DNA of 64,000 nt, from NCBI GenBank assembly GCA_034530875.2, contig JAVRCJ020000008.1, positions 128,001 through 192,000 on the forward strand, given 5' to 3'. The notes beneath the pieces are model-generated. The model had not been told where the DNA came from, did not search any database, and saw nothing but the letters and a program-made list of their open reading frames with translations. Shown piece by piece: positions 57,481 through 64,000 of the stretch; the stretch's first letter is position 1; the number at the start of each line of letters is the position of its first letter. Position numbers and translations under genes: made by a program. This DNA is from Nostoc sp. DedSLP01 (GTDB taxonomy: Bacteria; Cyanobacteriota; Cyanobacteriia; Cyanobacteriales; Nostocaceae).

Positions 57481-58433
57481 CTTGCCAAATATTCATCCAT
57501 ATTGGCTTTAGATTTGCGAAGTTTGGTTAAAGCTTCTCTCTCGATTTGCCGGACTCGTTCTCGACTAATGTTGAGGATTTCACCAATTCTTGCAAGAGTT
57601 AGCGCTTGCCCGTCAGTTAAGCCAAAGCGCAACATAATTACTTCCCTCTGCTGTGCCGTGAGGTCACCCATCAGGCGCTCTAGGTCATAAGATAAGGAAG
57701 ATTGCATCACAAACTCTTCTGGAGAAGCTCCTGGATCTTCGAGCATTTCTCCTAGTTCGGTGTCGTAGTTATCACCTAAACGCAAATCTAAGGAAAGTGG
57801 CAAACGCGCCTTTTCTAGATATTCTCGCACTTGCTTAGGCGTCAATTCTAATTCTTGAGCCAGCTCGCCAGCTGTGGGAGCGCGTCCCAATTTTTGAGAC
57901 AATTGCCGCTGTGCTTTTTTAATTTTATTCAGCTTTTCGGTTATGTGGATAGGTAACCGAATAGTGCGGGCTTTTTCAGCAATAGCACGAGTAATAGCTT
58001 GGCGAATCCACCAATAGGCATAGGTAGAAAATCTATACCCTTTTGTGGGGTCAAACTTTTCTACGCCGCGTTGCATTCCGATACTACCTTCTTGGATCAA
58101 GTCGAGTAAATCGACGTTGCGCTTGATGTACTTTTTGGCAACGGAGACCACTAGCCGCAAATTGGCTTCTACCATCTTGCGCTTGGCAAATTCGCCATCA
58201 GCGATCGCTTCATTCAACTCTGCTGGATCTAACTTTGCCGCCATAGCCCACTCTTCTAGAGTTGGTTGACGACCTAATTGGGTGGCAAGACTTTCCCGGG
58301 ATTCGTGCAAAGCCGTTGAACGTTGCACCTGCTTACCATAGAAAATCTCTTCCTCGTGGGTTAAGAGTGGCACGCGGCCAATCTCACGCAGGTAAGTCCG
58401 CACGAGGTCTGTGGCTGTCTGAGCGGTCTTCAT
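57477..58433 (-). CDS. sigD: Group 2 RNA polymerase sigma factor, probably SigD
   Basis: [70 protein letters not shown]; no region 1.1; ATG at 58433 (alternative 58475); subtype is inferred. Confidence 0.75.
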   Translation of the reverse strand: MKTAQTATDLVRTYLREIGRVPLLTHEEEIFYGKQVQRSTALHESRESLATQLGRQPTLEEWAMAAKLDPAELNEAIADGEFAKRKMVEANLRLVVSVAKKYIKRNVDLLDLIQEGSIGMQRGVEKFDPTKGYRFSTYAYWWIRQAITRAIAEKARTIRLPIHITEKLNKIKKAQRQLSQKLGRAPTAGELAQELELTPKQVREYLEKARLPLSLDLRLGDNYDTELGEMLEDPGASPEEFVMQSSLSYDLERLMGDLTAQQREVIMLRFGLTDGQALTLARIGEILNISRERVRQIEREALTKLRKSKANMDEYLAS

Positions 58434-58895
58434 GGCGCTACTCTTTGGTAATGATGGGTTTGATGGTAGGGTCATTCAGGGATAGATGCTCTGGAATGGG
58501 TGCTACCCAGTCTGCCTGGGAACCCATACTATGGTTTGCAACTTACGCGCCCGATAAATTCGGCTGCTCATAAATAATCAAAATTGAGCTTCTTAACTGC
58601 TAAAAATTACAGTTATTTCTTAAGTTCCACAAGTATCTACGGTTAGATAAAAGGTAGTTTCTTAAACATTCTTGTATTAGATTATTATTAACAATTGTAA
58701 CCTTTATGAGAAGGTTTTGGCTATATACTCTGGATAAATTTCTTAATTTTTCCAGTTGGCAAAATAGTATTTTTCCTTCCAAGCCAGCCTAAAAGACGAT
58801 TTCACAACCGATCCGGCTTAAAGAAACTTCCTCATATTTGTTAAAATATCTCAATGAGAACTATAGTCATTCTCTTCTAACAATTGTTTAATTTT

Positions 58896-58985
58896 TGGGA
58901 ATGGGGAATGGGGAGTAGGGCATGGGGAAGAAATCTTTCCCCCCACACTCCCCACACTTCCCCATCTCCCTATCTCCCCACTCCC
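58896..58985 (+). repeat. Composite STRR element, copy 5, abutting the carB stop
   Basis: Core GAAGAAATCTTTCC at 58927-58940. Confidence 0.85.
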
Positions 58986-61900
58986 TACTTCCTCACAAAC
59001 TTGCAGTAATCCTGGATGACTTTTACATCCAAGGTCGTGTTTTGTAAGGAACGGATGGCGGCGACGGTAGCTTTTGCACCTGCGATGGTAGTGATAATGG
59101 GAATTTTGTAAGCCAAGGCTGTACGACGGATTAACCTCGCATCGGTGTGGGCTTCTTCTCCTGAAGGCGTGTTGATAATCAGTTGGATTTTTTGGTTTTT
59201 GATGGCATCGAGGACGTTGGGTCGCCCTTCATGGAGCTTAAGTACTAATTCAACATTTAAGCCCTGTTCGAGAAGAACCCGGCGCGTACCAAGTGTAGCC
59301 ATCACGTTAAAGCCCAAATCGATAAATTCTTTCACCACAACTGCGGCAGCGGCTTTATCGCGATCGCTCATTGATACAAACACGGTTCCGCTTAACGGTA
59401 AACGCTCTCCAGCACCAATTTCAGCTTTGGCGAAGGCTCGTCCAAAGTCGGTATCAATCCCCATCACCTCACCGGTGGAGCGCATTTCCGGGCCTAATAT
59501 TGTATCAGTTCCGGGGAATTTATTAAAGGGCAATACAGCTTCCTTAACAGCTATGTGGGTCGGGATGATTTCCTCGGTGAAGTTTAGTTCCTCTAAGGTT
59601 TTCCCTGACATGATTAAGGACGCTAGTTTGGCTAACTGGACGCCCGTTGCTTTAGAAACAAATGGCACTGTACGGGAGGCGCGGGGGTTGGCTTCCAAAA
59701 TATAAACTTGGGGAGAATAGCCGCTTGCACCAACAACGGCAAACTGAATATTCATCAATCCCACCACTGACAACGCCTGGGCTAGTTGCACTGTCCATGT
59801 CCGAATTTGATTTAGAACTGCTGGTGGTAAGGAAATCGAAGGTAAAGCACAAGCAGAATCTCCTGAGTGAATTCCAGCCTGTTCTATGTGTTCCATGATA
59901 CCGCCAATGACAACCCGCCCTGTGTGGTCGGCGATCGCATCAACATCGACTTCAATGGCATTTTCTAAAAACTTATCAATTAAAATTGGATGATCTGGTT
60001 CTACCTGCACCGCAAAGGTCATGTAGCGTTCCAACTCGGCATCGGAATAGACGATTTCCATTGCCCGTCCCCCCAACACATAGCTAGGACGCACCACCAC
60101 CGGATAGCCAATGCGTTTGGCGACAATCAGCGCATCTTCAAAACTCCGAGCAATACCATTAGGTGGTTGAGCAATATTTAACTCTTTGAGAATCTTCTCA
60201 AATCGTTCTCGGTTTTCTGCCATGTCGATGGAATCTGGCGATGTACCCCAAATCTGAGGGAGTGGGGAGTGGAGAGTGGGGAGTGGGGTAGATTTATTCC
60301 CTAATCCCTGCAAATACTCTTGGAGAGGAACAGCTAATTTCAGCGGTGTTTGTCCGCCAAATTGGACTATTATGCCTACAGGATTTTCAGCTTCGATGAT
60401 ATTCAGGACATCTTCTTTTGTTAACGGCTCGAAGTAAAGGCGATCGCTGGTATCATAATCTGTGGAAACTGTCTCTGGGTTGGAGTTGACCATAATTGTC
60501 TCGTACCCTGCTGCTTTCAAAGCATAAGCGGCGTGACAACAACAATAGTCAAACTCAATTCCCTGGCCGATGCGGTTCGGCCCGCCACCCAAAATCAAGA
60601 CTTTGGGCTTGGTTGCTGGTAAAACCTCTGTTTCTTCTTCGTAGGTAGAATAGTAGTAAGGAGTAAACGCTTCAAACTCCGCTGCACAGGTATCTACAGT
60701 TTTGTAAACTGCGATGACTCCTAGTTGTTGGCGATAGGTGCGGACTTCATCTTCGGTGGTTTTGGTAGCATAAGCAATCTGGCGATCGCTAAATCCATTC
60801 CGCTTCACTTCATAAAGTTGCTCTTTTGTCAATTCATTTAAGGATGTGCGTTTGAGGAATTTCTCGATATCTAGAATTTGCTGCATCTTATCCAAGAACC
60901 ACGGGTCAATACCAGTGAGTTCGTAGATTTCCTCAGCAGTAATGCCTAACTGTAGGGCATGACGCACGGCAAAAATGCGATCGGGGTTTGGCGTCCGCAG
61001 CAGGGCGCGAATTTGTTCGCCACTGGGTAATTTTTCGGCTTTGTCGCAACCCCAGCCAGCCCGTCCGGTTTCCAAAGAACGCAGTGCCTTTTGGAAGGAT
61101 TCGTTGAAAGTCCGCCCAATTGCCATTGCTTCGCCGACTGATTTCATTTGCGTTGTCAGCACTGGTTCGGAACCAGGGAACTTTTCAAAAGCGAAGCGGG
61201 GGATTTTTGTAACTACGTAGTCAATTGTTGGTTCAAAGGACGCCGGAGTTTTCTTGGTGATGTCATTTTTAATTTCATCCAAGGTGTAGCCTACGGCTAA
61301 CTTGGCTGCCATTTTAGCGATGGGGAAACCCGTAGCTTTAGAAGCTAAAGCCGAACTGCGGGAAACGCGGGGGTTCATTTCAATCACCACCACATCTCCA
61401 GTGACGGGATTAACGGCAAATTGAATATTAGAACCGCCAGTTTCCACGCCTATCTCGCGGATGATTTTAATTGCCATATCCCGCAGCCTTTGATATTCTT
61501 TATCAGTGAGGGTTTGCGCGGGAGCGACGGTAATCGAATCCCCGGTGTGAATGCCCATAGGGTCAAGGTTTTCGATGGAGCAGATAATCACCACGTTATC
61601 TGCAAGGTCACGCATCACTTCTAGTTCGTATTCTTTCCAGCCGAGTAAAGACTGGTCAATGAGAATTTGGGAGACAGGGCTAGCATCTATACCGACCTGT
61701 GCCATTTCTTCAAATTCTTCTTGGTTGTAGGCAATACCGCCGCCACTTCCGCCCATTGTAAAGGCAGGACGAATAATTAAGGGATAAGTACCAATTTGAC
61801 GAGCGATCGCTTTTGCTTCGTCTAAGGACTCGGCTGTGCCGCTGGGACATACAGCTACCCCGATTTTGGCCATTGCATCGCCAAAAAGTTTTCTGTCTTC

Positions 61901-62278
61901 GGCTTTTTCAATGGCTGGCAGTTTAGCGCCGATTAACTCAACGCCGTATTTTTCCAACGCGCCATTTTTGGCTAAAGCAACAGCGATATTCAGGGCAGTT
62001 TGTCCTCCCATCGTTGGGAGTAGTGCATCAGGGCGTTCTTTGGCGATTACTTTTTCGACCAATTCCGGAGTCAGCGGCTCAATGTAAGTGCGATCGGCCG
62101 TTTCCGGGTCGGTCATAATCGTTGCAGGGTTAGAGTTGACCAACACGACTTCATAGCCTTCTTCTCGCAGCGCTTTGCAGGCTTGAGTGCCAGAGTAGTC
62201 AAACTCACAGGCTTGTCCAATCACAATTGGGCCAGAACCTAACAGTAGAATCTTCCGGAGGTCATCACGGCGGGGCAT
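58985..62278 (-). CDS. carB: Carbamoyl-phosphate synthase large subunit
   Basis: MPRRDD...[47 protein letters not shown] domain. Confidence 0.99.
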   Translation of the reverse strand: MPRRDDLRKILLLGSGPIVIGQACEFDYSGTQACKALREEGYEVVLVNSNPATIMTDPETADRTYIEPLTPELVEKVIAKERPDALLPTMGGQTALNIAVALAKNGALEKYGVELIGAKLPAIEKAEDRKLFGDAMAKIGVAVCPSGTAESLDEAKAIARQIGTYPLIIRPAFTMGGSGGGIAYNQEEFEEMAQVGIDASPVSQILIDQSLLGWKEYELEVMRDLADNVVIICSIENLDPMGIHTGDSITVAPAQTLTDKEYQRLRDMAIKIIREIGVETGGSNIQFAVNPVTGDVVVIEMNPRVSRSSALASKATGFPIAKMAAKLAVGYTLDEIKNDITKKTPASFEPTIDYVVTKIPRFAFEKFPGSEPVLTTQMKSVGEAMAIGRTFNESFQKALRSLETGRAGWGCDKAEKLPSGEQIRALLRTPNPDRIFAVRHALQLGITAEEIYELTGIDPWFLDKMQQILDIEKFLKRTSLNELTKEQLYEVKRNGFSDRQIAYATKTTEDEVRTYRQQLGVIAVYKTVDTCAAEFEAFTPYYYSTYEEETEVLPATKPKVLILGGGPNRIGQGIEFDYCCCHAAYALKAAGYETIMVNSNPETVSTDYDTSDRLYFEPLTKEDVLNIIEAENPVGIIVQFGGQTPLKLAVPLQEYLQGLGNKSTPLPTLHSPLPQIWGTSPDSIDMAENRERFEKILKELNIAQPPNGIARSFEDALIVAKRIGYPVVVRPSYVLGGRAMEIVYSDAELERYMTFAVQVEPDHPILIDKFLENAIEVDVDAIADHTGRVVIGGIMEHIEQAGIHSGDSACALPSISLPPAVLNQIRTWTVQLAQALSVVGLMNIQFAVVGASGYSPQVYILEANPRASRTVPFVSKATGVQLAKLASLIMSGKTLEELNFTEEIIPTHIAVKEAVLPFNKFPGTDTILGPEMRSTGEVMGIDTDFGRAFAKAEIGAGERLPLSGTVFVSMSDRDKAAAAVVVKEFIDLGFNVMATLGTRRVLLEQGLNVELVLKLHEGRPNVLDAIKNQKIQLIINTPSGEEAHTDARLIRRTALAYKIPIITTIAGAKATVAAIRSLQNTTLDVKVIQDYCKFVRK

Positions 62279-62372
62279 AGTAGTTGCCTTGGAGTACGAG
62301 AATACAAATCCTGATTATTTTAAGGGTGTTTACCCGCGATCGTGCTTTTTATTATTAAGTTTTCTTACTTGA

Positions 62373-62564
62373 TGGGGACTGGGGACTGGGGACTGGTGAT
62401 TAGGGGCTGGGAAAACCTTTGCAAATAATCAATTCCCAATCCCTAGCTGTACGCCAAGGGAACGAGAGCAAAATTAACGTTAAAGGTAAAGGGGAAAAGG
62501 TTTTGTCCCTCCCCCTCCAACCTTCACCCTTTTCCCAGTCACCAGTCCCCAGTCCCTAATCACT
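62373..62564. repeat. STRR arrays in inverted arrangement upstream of carB
   Basis: (TGGGGAC)3 ... AAAGGGGAAAAGG/CCCTTTT ... (CCCAGTC)n. Confidence 0.8.
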
Positions 62565-62792
62565 ATTTTCTATTTCTAATTTTATTGAATTGTAGTGTTA
62601 AATTTTTTCTAGTTCTTGCGAAGATTTTTTATTTAATTTGATGAAAATTTTCAACAAACGCTGACTTATTGTGATAGATACATACGTATTTATTCATAAC
62701 TAAATAGCTTATAATGAGAAAGATATATGTTGGCTAACTAATTGCTAAATATTTTCAATGTTAAAATTAATGTAAATATGTTGACTTAAATT

Positions 62793-62836
62793 AAAAATGG
62801 CAGAGAGATAGGGGTACTACTTTCTGCCATTTTTTT
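62793..62836 (-). terminator. Intrinsic terminator after dps
   Basis: AAAAATGGCAGAGAG...CTTTCTGCCATTTTTTT. Confidence 0.7.
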
Positions 62837-62908
62837 ATAATATTTTAAGAGTTAATCCTGCTGACTTTTTCTTTCACTCTAGGTAGGAAAATCTAGATTA
62901 TGAGAGTT

Positions 62909-63463
62909 TTAGCTTTGAGCAGCTTGAACAAAGCCTAAGGTTAAGCTGTCTTTTGCGAGGAAGTGGGATAAATGATAAGTACGTTCCTCAGTTTTTAACA
63001 AAATCTTTTCGTAGAGATAGCGTGTTGCCCGATCCCCTAAACTCTCTGCCTGAGCAGCTTGGCGGCGAATTACACCAATGATTGCTTGTTCGGCAGCTAG
63101 GTCATTTTGTACCATTTGGCGAGCAGAATATACGCCGTCAGATTCTTGTTCAAAACAAGTTAGTTCTGCTAGTTTGCTAAAGGTCGCAACTGGCACACCA
63201 CCAAGTCCATCCAAGCGTTCTCCAATTTCATGGATGTGGTCTTGTACTTCTTGGTAGCTTTCGTTAAAAAATTCATGCAGAGAGTAAAATTCTGCACCTT
63301 CGACTACAAAATGATGCTTTTGGTATTGTAAGTAAAGTGCCTGGAAACTAGCTAAGACAACGTTAAATCCTTCTGTAACTGGGGCAGTTACGCTGCGATC
63401 TAACAGCACAGGATTGTCATATACATGACCAAAGTTTCGTAGCAAAGTTTGTGTTTCAGACAT
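62909..63463 (-). CDS. dps: Dps family DNA protection/ferritin-like protein (DpsA type)
   Basis: [42 protein letters not shown]. Confidence 0.93.
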   Translation of the reverse strand: MSETQTLLRNFGHVYDNPVLLDRSVTAPVTEGFNVVLASFQALYLQYQKHHFVVEGAEFYSLHEFFNESYQEVQDHIHEIGERLDGLGGVPVATFSKLAELTCFEQESDGVYSARQMVQNDLAAEQAIIGVIRRQAAQAESLGDRATRYLYEKILLKTEERTYHLSHFLAKDSLTLGFVQAAQS

Positions 63464-63617
63464 TGTTCTCCTCGCTCTTTAGCAGTTACAGTTTTTAGCT
63501 GCTTAGTCTTTATATACTAACATTTTCATAATAATGACAAGGCCAGTTTGGCATTACAAAAATTTTGAATTATTCGCTATAAAAACTTTCAAATATATTT
63601 GTTTGTTGAATGATGTT

Positions 63618-63762
63618 AAGGGATTGGGGCATGGGGCATGGGGATAAGGGAGAGAACAGGCAGAGTAAAAGGTTAAAGGGAAAAGGAATAAATTTAATCT
63701 TTCCCTTTCCCCCTTACCCCTTTCCCTTTCCCCATTCCAACACCCTATGCCCAACGCCCAGT
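63618..63762. repeat. STRR hairpin between dps and the divergent gene
   Basis: (GGGGCAT)n/AAAGGGAAAAGG ... (TTTCCCC)n/ATGCCC. Confidence 0.75.
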
Positions 63763-63781
63763 AATTATTTTTTTTCAAAGT

Positions 63782-63812
63782 TAATGAGAATTGTTTGCAC
63801 TTAAGGTATGCT
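63782..63812 (+). promoter_or_regulatory. Candidate Fur-type box with a downstream -10
   Basis: TAATGAGAATTGTTTGCAC followed by TATGCT at 63807-63812. Confidence 0.35.
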
Positions 63813-63906
63813 GGTTTTAAGAGGTTAAACTCCCATTAGTTTCAATAAGCCAGAAGTCATATCGCAGTACTTACTGCAACTTTGTTGCACTTTGAGGGCA
63901 ATTGTC

Positions 63907-64000
63907 TTGAAATCATCTAGTTCAGAAATAGAAAAAAAGCAGATTGTAGACGTCAATTGGGCAGACAGGTGGCAAGTCTATCAACGCTTAAAGGAGTTAG
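63907..64000 (+). CDS. Asr1405/Asl0597-like small protein, partial
   Basis: Manual translation from TTG: MKSSSSEIEKKQIVDVNWADRWQVYQRLKEL... Confidence 0.7.
   Translation, partial: MKSSSSEIEKKQIVDVNWADRWQVYQRLKEL

Larger units (their letters stand above)
1..64000. repeat. HIP1 octamer GCGATCGC dispersed throughout
   Basis: Dozens of occurrences, dense in radA, nblB and carB, sparser in the polysaccharide cluster. Confidence 0.95.

Noticed and set aside
59145..59705. 186-aa plus-strand ORF and similar antisense ORFs within carB, radA, infB and glycan genes
   Set aside because: Shadow ORFs opposite well-supported genes
62292..62306. LexA-like AGTACGAGAATACA upstream of carB
   Set aside because: Mismatch in the second half-site and no SOS rationale

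Overview
Chromosomal window from a filamentous cyanobacterium, probably Nostocales (frequent HIP1 GCGATCGC, 7-9 bp STRR repeats, RpaB, NblB, CCB and group-2 sigma genes). 1-21.7 kb is an AT-rich minus-strand surface-polysaccharide cluster: CapD-type dehydratase, MurJ-like flippase, four GT4s, Wzy/ligase, CapK-like ligase, AsnB, ATP-grasp, DUF4091/GH123-like protein, epimerase, two methyltransferases, DegT aminotransferase and a sugar transferase. It carries two rearrangement scars, a three-part chimeric gene relic (5420-5610) and a 3x76 bp triplication of the asnB 3' end. Next come a GDSL/PEP-CTERM pseudogene, M42 peptidase, tRNA-Thr(CGT), an SLH protein, the rimP-nusA-ylxR-infB operon with structured leaders, and a membrane protein resembling a pore-less voltage-sensor domain. 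A signalling locus has three soluble Hanks kinases (two with WD40, one with near-identical DNA repeats) around an output-less heme-c/HAMP membrane sensor; this is the best candidate for an undescribed system. The rest is a small variable region with a frameshifted Uma2 gene and nested repeats, then radA, rpaB, a probably inactive M48 peptidase, nblB, mutT, sigD, carB and dps. No CRISPR array, transposase, integrase or reverse transcriptase was seen. All product calls come from motif recognition by eye, not database searches.
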